Assembly (NCBI RefSeq): GCF_006345805.1
Contig: NC_042999.1
Location: 2,542,001 to 2,606,000 of the forward strand
DNA length: 64,000 nucleotides
Direction: 5' to 3'
Source: Octopus sinensis
Taxonomy: Eukaryota
Part shown: in pieces, positions 1 to 11,842 of the stretch
Numbering within the stretch: the stretch's first letter is position 1
Layout of the letters: the number at the start of each line of letters is the position of its first letter
The notes under the pieces: model-generated
The model's database searches: none
What the model saw: only the letters and a program-made list of their open reading frames with translations
What the model was told of the DNA's origin: nothing
Position numbers and translations under genes: made by a program

Positions 1-135
1 CTTAGCGGTTCGGCAAAAGAGACTGATAGAATAAGTACTGGGCTTACAATGAATAAGTCCCGGGGTCGATTTGCTCGACTAAAGGCGGTGCTCCAGCATG
101 GCCGCAGTCAAATGACTTAAACAAGTAAAAGAGAG
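1..135 (+). mobile_element. SINE family A, 3' fragment
   Basis: Matches the 3' half of the full copies at 2442 and 31823 (cttagcggttcggcaaaagagac...aaacaagtaaaagag). Confidence 0.9.
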
Positions 136-299
136 TAATCAATGCAAAGTAAATGATTAAAAGCGAATACAAAATAGTCCACTGTGTGTGTGTGTGTGTG
201 TGTTAGAATAAAAACTGGAACTATATATTTGGCGATTTGCTGTGCTCTTTTGGCAATTTGTGATTGAGCCTTTTGCTGATTTGCTGTACTTGAGAAGAC

Positions 300-553
300 T
301 CATCAAGCCAGGTGAAATGGTGGTCATGGCTGGTACCAGAGACACATAAAAAGGCAATGGTGCTGGTGACATGTAAAAGACACCCACTACACTCTTGGAG
401 TAGTTGGAATTAGGAACAACATCCATCCATAGAAACCATGCCAAATCAGACCAGAACCTTGTACATCTCTCTGGCTTATTAGTTCTAGTCAAACTATCTA
501 ACCCATGCCAGTATGGAAGGGAGATGCTAAATGTTGATGATGATGATGATGAT
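300..553 (+). mobile_element. RTE LINE 3'-UTR fragment with (GAT)n tail, diverged
   Basis: Resembles the 3' UTR of the RTE at 40358-40955 and ends in gatgatgat. Confidence 0.75.
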
Positions 554-1423
554 ATATATATATATATATATATCATGTATTTTTATTTTCATATTTCCCT
601 TTATACTTTCTGTATCTCTCCCTTCCCAAAATTACTTCTTATATAATTACGGAATGTACTTGCATAGCAAGTGACCTGATCTGAGATTGTGTGCTGAAAC
701 AAAGACAACTGCAGCATAGAAGACATAGGGCTGAACTAGCCCTAAAAATTCTGATGGGTACTGACCTTTCTGCCTTCATTAAACTTAATAAAATGAAATA
801 ACTACTGCCTTGTCTCAAGCTAGCCATAACATGGCTGCTCTTTTGCCCTGAGGTATTTCTGCTCAAGTACACTTAGGATCAAAGATATGCTATTTTATCT
901 TAGACCACAAAATCCAGAATACGTTTCTCTTGTTTCATTTTTAGTCTTCAAAAATGATATGGATTAAATCGAGGGGGATTTGGCTGTTATTTCTTGCAGC
1001 GTAAAGAACCACATAAAGACTCCTTCCTCGGTTGGAGGTGGACTATACTATTTTGATATGCAGTATTATTTAGTAAAGGCAAATAGAAAATGATATGAAA
1101 ATCTCATTCTCGGGATTGCTACAATACTTGAAAGGAATATCTCCATTTGTAAAGCCTATGGATGCTGACTAATATGAGAATGTTCATAAGAATTATTTCA
1201 TATATCGGAAATGAATATTGTATGATCATAAATATTACATCCGCTGTGAATTTGTGAATTACTGGCACTGATGTGTTACGAGCTTCAAATATTTTATAAG
1301 CATACATATTATACCTAACATGCATGTATATATATATATATATAGATACATGTTCATATTACACCTCTCACCTCACTCTTTCTCCCTCTTTCTCTTTGTG
1401 TGTGTGTGTATATATATATATAT

Positions 1424-1456
1424 GGGGAGGTATGATATTTATATGATATATCCCAT

Positions 1457-1491
<35 letters not shown>

Positions 1492-1520
1492 GGAGGTATG
1501 ATATTTATATGATATATATC

Positions 1521-1558
<38 letters not shown>

Positions 1559-1612
1559 GGGAGGTATGATATTTATGATATATACCATTTTATATATATA
1601 TATATATATTAC
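1424..1612. repeat. Three tandem units of GGAGGTATGATATTTATATGATATA plus (TA)n
   Basis: Units start near 1424, 1491 and 1558. Confidence 0.85.
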
Positions 1613-2441
1613 ATGAAATTATATATAATATGAAGTATCTAAATATGCATATGTGTATGTTTGTACTTATTTATGTATGTACATGTGTGTATGTATATGT
1701 ACGTATATGCATGTACACGTGTCTTTATATAGTGTGCGTTAGTACACATGTCTGTGTCTTTATAGGTATTTGTGTATAGGTATTAAAGCATGTGAATTGA
1801 TTTATTAACTGTCATCTAACTAGCATCAAAGGCTTCATAAGAAATTACAATTCTGCATAACTGAAACTATAGAAAGTTTGATTCATAATTCAAATTTCCT
1901 TTCAATGTGAGCTGCATTAAATTAATGAAGACTTTCTGCTATGCCTCATGGGTTAAGATGTTTGAGTTATTGGTACTACACAACTTATGCATTGAAGTAA
2001 AATGTTGCATATAAAGCGTTGTATCCAGGAACAATGGGATACTAGATGTTTCCTTGTTCTATTGGGGATTAGATAATTAAAAATGCTTCGGAAAGAAGGA
2101 AGGTATAAAACTCAAAATTCAAATTGTAATAAGCTGTTTCCATCTTAATGTGTTCCCAGAGATCTGAGTGTAAATATCTGATCACCGGCACTGGATTAAC
2201 CATTAGACAAAAGAAGCACGTGCTTAGGACATCAAGGGAAGGTGGAGGCATCACGGAAATGGTAAATGGTTTATAGCGCAAAAGAAATCACTTTAAACTT
2301 GCTAAAATGGTATTTGATGTGGTTTATGAGATCAGAAATATAATTTTAAAGTGTTCATGGTTGAAAGTGATGATCTTATTTAAGACTTTGCAATGAAAAA
2401 ATTAGGAGAAAACTTTTCAAATATAAACCAACATTATATTT

Positions 2442-2853
2442 GGCGCAGGAGTGGCTGTGTGGTAAGTAGCTTGCTAACCAACCACATGGTTGCGGGTTCA
2501 GTCCCACTGCGTGGCCTCTTGGGCAAGTGTCTTCTGCTATAGCCCCGGGCCAACCAAAGCCTTGTGAGTGGATTTGGTAGACGGAAACTGAAAGAAGCCT
2601 GTCGTATATATGTATATATATATATATATACGCATGTGTGTGTTTGTGTGTCTGTTTTTGTCCCCCTAGCATTGCTTGACAACCGATGCTGGTGTGTTTA
2701 CGTCCCTGTTACTTAGCAGTTTGGCAAAAGAGACCGATAGAATAAGTACTGGGCTTACAAAAGAATAAGTCCCGGGGTCGAGTTGCTCGATTAAAGGCGG
2801 TGCTCCAGTATGGCTGCAGTCAAATGACTGAAACAAGTAAAAGAGTAAAAGAG
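2442..2853 (+). mobile_element. tRNA-derived SINE family A, full length
   Basis: A-box-like tggctgtgtgg, B-box gggttcagtccc, then ccttgggcaagtg, an internal (TA)/(TG) tract and a (gtaaaaga)n tail. About 20 related copies or fragments in the window. Confidence 0.9.
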
Positions 2854-3029
2854 TATTATATGAAAGGCAGCGCTCCAGCATGGCCACAGACAACTGACTG
2901 AAATGAATAAAAGAGTAAAAGAATTATTTTCCATCTTGCTGCTGGTTTTGCTTCATTTTGAAAAATAAAAACTTATTTTACGATTCATCATTGTTTATAT
3001 TTTGAATTATATATTACTTTTTAAATATT

Positions 3030-3414
3030 TTTACCTGTTTCAGTCATGTGATTGTGGTCATCCTGGAGCACTGCCCTTTAGGCAAACAATTCGACTCCAG
3101 GACTTATTCTTTGTAAGCTTGGTATTTATTCTATCGGTCTCTTTTACTGAACCACAAAGTTATGGGGATGTAAACACACCAACATCGGTTGTCAGTAGTG
3201 GGGGGACAAACACAGACACACAAATACATATATATATATATATATATATACACACGATGGGATTCTTTCAGTTTCCATCTACGAAATCCACTCACAAGAC
3301 TTTGGTTGACCTGTGACTATAGTAGAAGACACATGCTCAAGGTGCCACACAGTGGGACGGAACCTGGAACCATGTGGTTGTGAAGGAAGCTTCTTAGCAC
3401 ACAGCCATGCTGCA

Positions 3415-3415
<1 letters not shown>
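3030..3415 (-). mobile_element. SINE family A
   Basis: Reverse-complement match to 2442-2853. Confidence 0.85.
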
Positions 3416-3451
<36 letters not shown>

Positions 3452-3871
3452 AGCAATCTCAAGTATAATCAGCCGAAATTGCAACGATAATCTGGTACTT
3501 GACTAAGGAAAAAAAACTTCGAATGACCTGTACTTGTTTTCTTTGTATCGTCTACCTGGATGATTTGCATTCTTGTCCGATTTTGTATTATATATATATA
3601 GCGGCATACGTAAACTTTGATCTCATGTGTGTGTGTGTGTGGTGGCCCCCAAATTTTTTAAATTAGTTTATTCCCATCTCTTGTGAAATACATCTGTCTA
3701 GTGGGTTAGATTTAACTGAGGAGACACATAACAAGGTTGAAACACTACAATGTCTCAAACTCCCCTTACACTGGTGAATCATGTTTGTTATGAAAACACA
3801 TCCTCTGAAGAGAGGATGTGTCTCTGATGATGGAAAATAACAGCTGATCCATCAGAACATATTAAAATGGA

Positions 3872-4355
3872 ATCATCATCATCATCATCATCGTTTAATG
3901 TCCATTTTCCACGCTAGCATTGGTTGGACGGTTCGACCAGGGTCTGGGAAGCCAGGGTCTGCACCAGGCTCCAGTCTGATCTGGCAGAGTTTCTACAGCT
4001 GGATGCCATTCCTAACGCCAACCACTCCGCGAGTGTAGTAGGTGCTTTTTACGTGCCACCTGCACAGGTGCTAGGGGAGTCCAGTATTAGCCACGATTGG
4101 ATGGTGCTTTTAATGTGCCACCAGCACGGAAGCCAGCCAAGGCGGCGCTGGCATCGGCCACGATCGGTTGGTGCTTTTTATGTGCCACCGACACTGGAGC
4201 CAGTCGAGGCGGCGCTGGCATCGGCCACGTTCGGATGGTGCTTTTTATGAACCACTGGCACTGGAGCTAGTCGAGGCGGCGCTGGCATCGGCCACGTTCG
4301 GATGGTGCTTTTTATGTGCCACCGGCACAGAAGCCAGTCGAGGCAGCGCTGGCAA
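3872..4355 (-). mobile_element. 5'-truncated RTE copy (3' UTR only) with internal ~65-bp tandem units
   Basis: (ATC)n tail, ggatgccattcctaacgccaacc motif, four ggtgctttttatgtgccacc...ggcgctggcatcggccacg units. Confidence 0.85.
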
Positions 4356-4964
4356 TAGATATGTTATTGTTTAGATTCTAACTGTTCTCTGTACATCTCA
4401 TGAATTATATTCAGATCAGGTTATTTGGTTTTAGAACACCTTCCTCAATTCTTTCAGCTAGTCTTGGAGGAACTGATGAGAGTTATGGACACTTCTCTAC
4501 CACCTCACTAAACAATTAAAAGCAAACAACAATTTTCTAATGCTGATAAGTAGAACGGTGACATGAGCAAGCAAAGAAGATATTTGCATGAAAATAGAAT
4601 ATATTTCCTGTAGCAGTCAGTGTATATACATATATACTTTTTCTTTGCACCAAAATAAAAATTTGTCTTGAAGTATTACAATGATGTGCAAATAAGTCTT
4701 TTGGCTGAACCAAAAATAAAATAGATTTTAAACAACTTTGAAGACCAAATCTTTATATATTATTTTTAATAAGGAAATGAGTCTAGATTAGAACAGAAGT
4801 TTATAGCCACAAATTATATGCAATTTATAAATATATAATCATGATTTTCAGATGAGTATATATAAAACGACACACATATCATATATTGTAATTTTACACA
4901 TGCATTCACAAATATTTGAGCATTGCATGTGTGTGTGTGTATGGGGGTGTTTATGTTTGTATGT

Positions 4965-6000
4965 GTTTGTGTGTGAGTATGTGTGTGAGTATGTGTGTGT
5001 GGTGTTTATATATGTGTGTGCATATGTGTAAATATATATATGTATTCACATACGTGTATACGTATGTGTGTGTGGTGTTTATATATAATGTGTGTGCATA
5101 TGTGTAAATATATATATATACATATGTGTTTAGATATGTGTATACATATGTGTGTGTGGTGTTTATATATAATGTGTGCGCATATGTGTAAATATATATA
5201 TATATGTATTTAGATACGTGTATACGTATGTGTGTATGGTGTTTATATATAATGTATGTGCATATGTGTAAATATATATATATATGTATTTAGATACATG
5301 TATATGTATGTATGTGTGGTGTTTATATATAATGTGTGTGCATATGTGTAAATATATATAGATATGTATTTAGATACGTGTATACGTATGTGTGTGTGGT
5401 GTTTATATATAATGTATGTGCATATGTGTAAATATATATATATGTATTTATATATGTGTATACGTATGTGTGTGTGGTGTTTATATATAATGTGTGTGTG
5501 GTGTTTATATATAATGTGTGTGCATATGTGTAAATATATATATATATGTGTATTTAAATACGTGTATACATATGTGTGTGTGGTGTTTATATATAATGTG
5601 TGTGCTTATGTGTAAATATATATATATATGTATTTAGATAAGTGTATACGTATGTGTGTGTGGTGCTTATACATAATGTGTGTTCATATGTGTAAATATA
5701 TATATATATATATGTATTTAGATACGTGTATACATATGTGTGTGTGGTGTTTATATAATGTGTGTGTGGTGTTTATATATAATGTGTGTGCATATGTGTA
5801 AATATATATATATGTATTTAGATACGTGTATACGTATGTGTGTATGGTGTTTATATATAATGTGTGTGCATATGTGTAAATATATATATGTATTTAGATA
5901 TGTGTGTGCTGTGTTTATATATAATGTGTGTGCATATGTGTAAATATATATATATATATGTATTTAGAAATGTGTATACATATGTGTGTGTGTGTGTGTG
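4965..6000. repeat. AT-rich compound minisatellite, ~80-bp unit, about 12-14 copies
   Basis: Recurrent gtggtgtttatatataatgtgtgtgcatatgtgtaaatatata...gtatttagatacgtgtatacgt. Confidence 0.9.
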
Positions 6001-6450
6001 TAAATAATTATTTGGACTTTGGGTATATTTCTAGTGCCTATTAGAGCACTTTCACTGTTTAGGCTATCTGATGTCATCCACAGTTGCAAAATAAATATCA
6101 TCAGGAATTTCACAGAGTTTGTTGAGGCTATAATGAATGAGCAAAATGGAAAATGGATTTAGCAAGGGTCTTTATTCAACACAATGATCATTTTGACACA
6201 TCCTGCACCTGTCCCTTGTGGGTGGGCTACAAAACATCTGGTTGTGTTGCATCCATTAAAACAGGCTGTGTCTCATCAGGTGTCTGTTGTAAATACATGT
6301 ACTGAGTTTTGCTTAGCATCTGGTTGTTGCCCATAGTATGTTGGCTACACTGACAGTGTAAGCCAACACACAACTATATATATATATATATAATGTATAT
6401 ATATATATATATATATATATACGTATATATATATAATATATCTATATATA

Positions 6451-6523
<73 letters not shown>

Positions 6524-6679
6524 CACAGGTGCAGGAGTGGCTATATACTAAGAAGCTTGCTTAATAACCACATGGCTCTAAGTTCAATCCCACTGCATGG
6601 GACCTTGGGCAGGTATCACCTGCTATAGTCTCAGGTCGACCAAAGCCTTAAGCCCATCATATATATATATATGTATATA

Positions 6680-7045
6680 AAAATACAAAATGGGACAAGA
6701 ATGCAAAACATCCAGATAGACGATACAAAAAACACAGACTGATCATTCGAAGCCTTTAGTCTGCAGTCAAGAACCAGACCATCCTCGCAATTTTGGCTGA
6801 TTAATCTTGAGATTGCTCCAATCTGTCCCAGCCCTAGGAGAAACTAAGCTAAGAGCATTAGATTCCTTGGAAAAAAGTTTCTCAAAAGCAGTCACTCCTC
6901 AGGTCAAATTCCTAGTTTTTAGGTTTTTTACGAATTTGACCTGAGGAGTGACTGCTTTTGAGAAACTTTTTTCCAAGGAATCTAATGCTCTTAGCTTAGT
7001 TTCTCCTAGAGGCTGGACAGATTGGAGCAATCTCAAGATTAATCA
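6680..7045. mobile_element. Non-coding element with a 114-bp inverted duplication, probably Penelope-derived
   Basis: Arms 6798-6911 and 6932-7045, 20-nt loop. Related sequence at 3450-3590. Degenerate CTGAGGA...GAAAC motif at 6941-6966. Confidence 0.65.
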
Positions 7046-7428
7046 TTTTTCCGTTCTAATGAACTTGGATATGGTTTTCTTATATGATTTTATATAGTCC
7101 TAATGCAGCAATGAAACATGCGTAGCGATGTACAAGAACTTACTTTTATACATTTTATTATTGTATTAATTTTTATTGTTCAATTTATGCTTTACTTGAT
7201 TTTAGATCAATATTTTTATGATTAATATTTCTTTGTATGGTATTCGCAGTGATTTTAAAAGTATTTGCTCTTATAAATTATATGATTGTAATAACCTTAC
7301 TGTTCAATATTATATATTACTAAAATTTTAGATTAGTATTTTGTATGATATATGACTCACAGCATGGCTTTTGACAGGTTCTTCATTGACTGAATTGTGG
7401 AGTAGAGGTTTGTCTCTAAATTGTATAT

Positions 7429-7471
<43 letters not shown>

Positions 7472-7530
7472 TCGGTCTAATATTATACTGAATTTTACCT
7501 GTAAGGTTGGAATAATAATTTATTCCCTAA

Positions 7531-7566
<36 letters not shown>

Positions 7567-8167
7567 CATTATTATTATATATATATATAAAACTGAGAAT
7601 GTGTGTCTGTCTTTCTGTCTGTCTGCCTGTGTGTCAGTATTCGTGCATCTCTAAAACTCAAGAGCTACTCAACTGATTTCATTCAAATTTTACACATGAC
7701 TTACTTAGAGTCCAAGGAGTGTCATAGGCCAAAAAAATAATATAAGATAATATAATATAATTAAATGATAGAATATTAAATCTCCATTCTGATTGAACTA
7801 GTACTTTCATGTATTAAACTATTCAATCTTCAGGTTCATGTAGTAGTGGTGACAGTTATGTTTTACAATTTACAACTCGCCACAGTTGTAAGTTAAGTAC
7901 CAATTGTGTACTGGGGTCGATCTAATCGAGTGACCCCCTTCCCCCAAAACTTCAGGACTTGTACCTAGATTAGTAAAGAATTTCTTATGCCTCTTCATCA
8001 AATTACAATTTAACTGCTTTTCAAATTCCATTTGAACAAAATACATGTCCAACCAAAGTTTTTCATAGACATGATGTTATTATTCTAAAAATAGCCTAAA
8101 TTCTGACCCTTTCAACTTTGCTGGTGAGAAAAACAAGTGACTTGGTGTCCAAAAATGGGTCCATAGT

Positions 8168-8225
8168 CCACTGATATATTTTACCATTTCACCAGTGAAG
8201 GTGGAATGGTAAAATATATCAGTGG
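8168..8225. repeat. 26-bp fully paired hairpin with 6-nt loop
   Basis: ccactgatatattttaccatttcacc / ggtggaatggtaaaatatatcagtgg, with one G-U pair. Confidence 0.9.
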
Positions 8226-8260
8226 CTAGCATGCATAAAAAAACCATAAAGGTAAAATTA

Positions 8261-8617
8261 TCAATTAATAATGAAAGGTACTACTTGTAGCACCAGCATG
8301 CTAAAAATAGCAGTCAAAACGACTCAAAACCACACAAGGGCAAAATTGGGGGATGAGCAGAAAAAATTTTAAGACCCCATACCATAGACAAAAACAAACG
8401 AAAATGAAAATCAGACATACCCATAACATAGTGATTTCAAGCTTTGTGAATGATCTCTTTGTTCTTGTCAGTGAGTAATACTGACGCAGGGCCAAAACCA
8501 TGTCTGATTTATCCGATTTCACCCTTGAGTACAAGTGGAAACTATTTGTTTTGAGTCGTTTTCACTGTTATTTTTAGCACGCTGGTGCTACAAGTTGCAC
8601 CTTTCATTATAAATTGA
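8261..8617. mobile_element. MITE-like element with ~70-bp terminal inverted repeats
   Basis: 8261-8330 is the imperfect reverse complement of 8548-8617. Confidence 0.7.
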
Positions 8618-9094
8618 AATATATATATGTTTGTGTGTGTGTAAGTATTTGCTTATACTAATATTTACTTCAAGTTTAAATCTCTTAAGCTCGAGGAAGA
8701 ATATTCTATACAGAGATTATAATCTATAAACTATATATATATATATACATATGTATGTGTCTATGTATGTATGTTTGTATGTATATAAAATATTCCTTAC
8801 GTTAATAGTTTCTACATAACCAACAGCGTTATCAATCATTACAATTTCGTTTCTTAATATTCTATTCACGTCTAAACTTAACTATTTAAGGAACGTAAAT
8901 TTACATTCTACAAGTACATTTCTAACCTACAGCATCTGATAAATTCTACCTATCCATACAAAATCTCTACATATCAAATCTTTTTGTACATACATATACA
9001 TACACATTCGTGTATATATATATACACACACACCACACACACATATATATATATATACACACACCACACACACACACACACCCACACATATATA

Positions 9095-9140
<46 letters not shown>

Positions 9141-9338
9141 CACACACACACATATATATATATATATAGTATTTATAAAGTAGGAGATGGAATGTGTATT
9201 AGACTTTTATTAAGTACAACACATGTTTCAACTCGTCATTCTGGGTTTCCTCGGGTTCATCAATAAAAAAATTTGCACTACAAATTTTTTGACTTGCTTG
9301 CCACTATATGTCCATCAAATTCGAGAATTTTTCCATTA

Positions 9339-9344
<6 letters not shown>

Positions 9345-9372
<28 letters not shown>

Positions 9373-9655
9373 TGAGGGATTATTATTCCAAACTTACAGG
9401 GAAAAAATTCAATTTAGAAATACTAAATCAAATTTCACAAAATGTAATATATGTGTATATATAAATATATAAATTAGAAAAAAAACACCTTTTATCAATT
9501 CAATAATGAAATTTTGCGCATTACTTAATCATCGTTATATGTTTTATCTTATATTTAATCTTTCTATAATATGTAATTTTCTAGACGGTATAATTTAATT
9601 TTTCATTATTGAATTGATAAAAGGTGTTGTTTTTCTAATTTATATATATATATAT
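9345..9655 (+). mobile_element. (AAT)n-anchored element with internal fold-back (family also at 7465-7575, 15585-16245, 61775-62110)
   Basis: Shared start ttccaaacttacagggaaaaattcaatttag; inverted arms aattagaaaaaaaacaccttttatcaattc. Confidence 0.7.
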
Positions 9656-9796
9656 ATATGTTCGTCCAACCCATGCTAGCCTGGAAAATGGATGTTAAAC
9701 GATAATGATGATGATGATGATGATGATGTTGGAAGAAAGGGAAACAAAAACCAAGGTAGGACAAGTATCTCAAGCCATTTATAATAATTTAATTAG

Positions 9797-9892
9797 GTTA
9801 AGGTGAATTTGAAGTCTTACAGCTGTTTCTGGGATATCGCAAGTGATAGGCTAGCATACCTGTACACTGGGTATTCCATCATCAGAGACAAG
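9797..9892 (+). CDS. Possible internal coding exon (VKVNLKSYSCFWDIASDRLAYLYTGYSIIRDK), protein unidentified
   Basis: aattag acceptor, consensus AAG|GTGAGT donor, 96 nt open in phase 0-0. No homology recognised. Confidence 0.2.
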
Positions 9893-10354
9893 GTGAGTAT
9901 GTATGAAAGTTCTAGACAGGGAAGTTCACAGTTTATAAGGAATAAAATAGATGAATAAAAAGTAAAAGTAGATAGATTACAGACAGGAGAATAAAATTCA
10001 CAGTTCATCTTTTTCCAGAGGGTATGGAGGTTGGTCTCTACTTCCATGAAGTTATAGGCCCTTAGGTATAATCCCAGATAAATACAGGCAGTATTTCAAA
10101 TTATGCATTCATGTTGAAGTGGTTAGCTAGTATATTACACTAATTAAATTACTATAAATGACTTGAGATACTCGTCCTGCTTTGGTTTTTGTTGTCGTTT
10201 TCCTCTAATATTTACTTGCTAACATGGAAGCCTGATACAGAACCCTAGCTCCAGCCTCAGCTGTGGACTTGGAACTTAACGGATGACCAATTATAACACT
10301 TACACGGCATACCTATTTCTTTAGATCACCATTGAACTAAACCCATCATATTCT

Positions 10355-10580
10355 AAGTGTTAGTGGTTAGGGTGTTGAACTCATGATCGTAAGGTTGTGG
10401 GTTCAATTCCTGGACTGGGCGATGTGTTGTGTTCTTGAGCAAAATACATCACTTCACATTGCTCCAGTCCACTCAGCTGGTAAAGATGAGTTAATCCTGC
10501 GACAGGTGGGGAATTTCTACGCCACTGAAACTGGGAAACCGGCCCTTATGAGCCCGGCATGGCTTGAGAAGGAGCATTTA
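10355..10580 (+). mobile_element. tRNA-derived SINE family D (V-SINE-like), diverged
   Basis: tagtggttagggtg A box, gggttcaattcc B box. Related fragments near 29200-29340, 34700-34820 and 50400-50510. Confidence 0.65.
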
Positions 10581-10604
10581 TTGTATTATATTTATATTTA
10601 TATA

Positions 10605-10990
10605 CTAGCAGTATCGCCCGGCGTTGCTCGGGGTTTGTAAGGGAAATAACTATAAAGCATTTTTAGAGAGTTATAGCCAAAAAATAGCAAAAAAATGGAA
10701 AAAAATTATGGTAAATTTTTTTTGATAGTTAAAAAGGTTGGAGTTGCGTCCCCTACACAGTTTGTGGTTTGAGTTCCTGATTCTCGACCCCATGTCGAAT
10801 TTATCGATTTTTTTCAGAACTGGGGGAACTTTTCAAAATTTTTGCTGCGTTAGTTTTGAATTATGACATTGGGCTATGTGTGTGTCAAGTTTCATCAGAA
10901 TCGGTTGAAAGCCGTGGTCAGGGTGAGGGTACAAGCAAACAGACACACAGAAACACGCACAGACAAACTGCCGTTTATATAGAGAGAGAT
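10605..10990 (-). mobile_element. Non-autonomous Helitron-like element
   Basis: On the minus strand: 5' TC end, (CTGT)-type tract, subterminal hairpin cccgagcaacgccggg, 3' CTAG, inserted between A and T. Confidence 0.7.
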
Positions 10991-11199
10991 ATATATATAT
11001 CTTCATCCTTTTGGGTTAGTGCATATATTTGTATTAATTGCTCACTACTCACTCTCACACACAGGTATATATGTGTATATAATATATATTTGTATGTGAA
11101 GAATAAAGTGTGTGTGTGTGTACCTTACAAACCTATATGCATATACATGCATATGTGTGTGTTTGTATATATATATATAGATCTGGTAGGGGGGCTCTG

Positions 11200-11523
11200 A
11201 CAGGGGTCTCAGGGAATAGCATCCCTGCCTTCCTGAGCTAGTTTTCCACCACATTTCTTAAAAATCGTGGTAGAGGCTTTGGTCTCAGGACCACCCATGT
11301 CTAGAAACTGAAGTTGGTGGGTAAGCAAGGGCATATTCCCCGTAGAAAATCCAGCTCCCAAAAAAACCTCATGATAGCAAAGGGGAATGGGTACTAGCCA
11401 GCCCAAAGGCTGAGGTGGGCTGCATCCACCTGCCTCAGTTGCTATGGCATTGAGGTAGATCCGGCAACCTCCGTTAACAGAGACAAAACCTGGATTTAAA
11501 ACACTGGATGATGATGATGATGA
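11200..11523 (+). mobile_element. LINE-type 3' fragment with (GAT)n tail
   Basis: ggcattgaggtagatccggcaacc motif followed by a gatgatgat tail. Confidence 0.45.
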
Positions 11524-11654
11524 TATATATAATATATATATATATATATATAGACAAAGTAATAGAAAGATAGAGCTACAGATACATAAATAGGTGTGCA
11601 TTTGCAGGGATAGATAATTCTTGTTTCATGAATAGTAACTGAATCCATGGCTGT

Positions 11655-11815
11655 ATCATTGAGCAGATAATATTGAATGCATCTTCTGTCAAGGTCGACT
11701 TTGCCTTTCATCCTTTAAGAGTCGATAAATTAAGTACCAGTTGTGTACTGGGATCGCTCCAATTGACTGGCTCCCTCCCCAAGAATTTCGTGTCTTGTGC
11801 CTAGAGTAGAAAAGA
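11655..11815 (+). mobile_element. SINE family B, 3' part
   Basis: Core gtcgactttgcctttcatccttt...gtcgataaattaagtaccag. More than 20 copies in the window. Confidence 0.85.
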
Positions 11816-11842
11816 ATATTGAATGCATCTTTATATATATAT

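Noticed and set aside
2040-2290. LINE or host coding remnant (REGGG)
   Set aside because: Short, with stops in all frames and no second motif.
9215-9262. Minus-strand hammerhead CCGAGGA...GAAACAUGUG
   Set aside because: U4 is altered and there is no valid NUH triplet. Possibly a decayed member, but not supportable.
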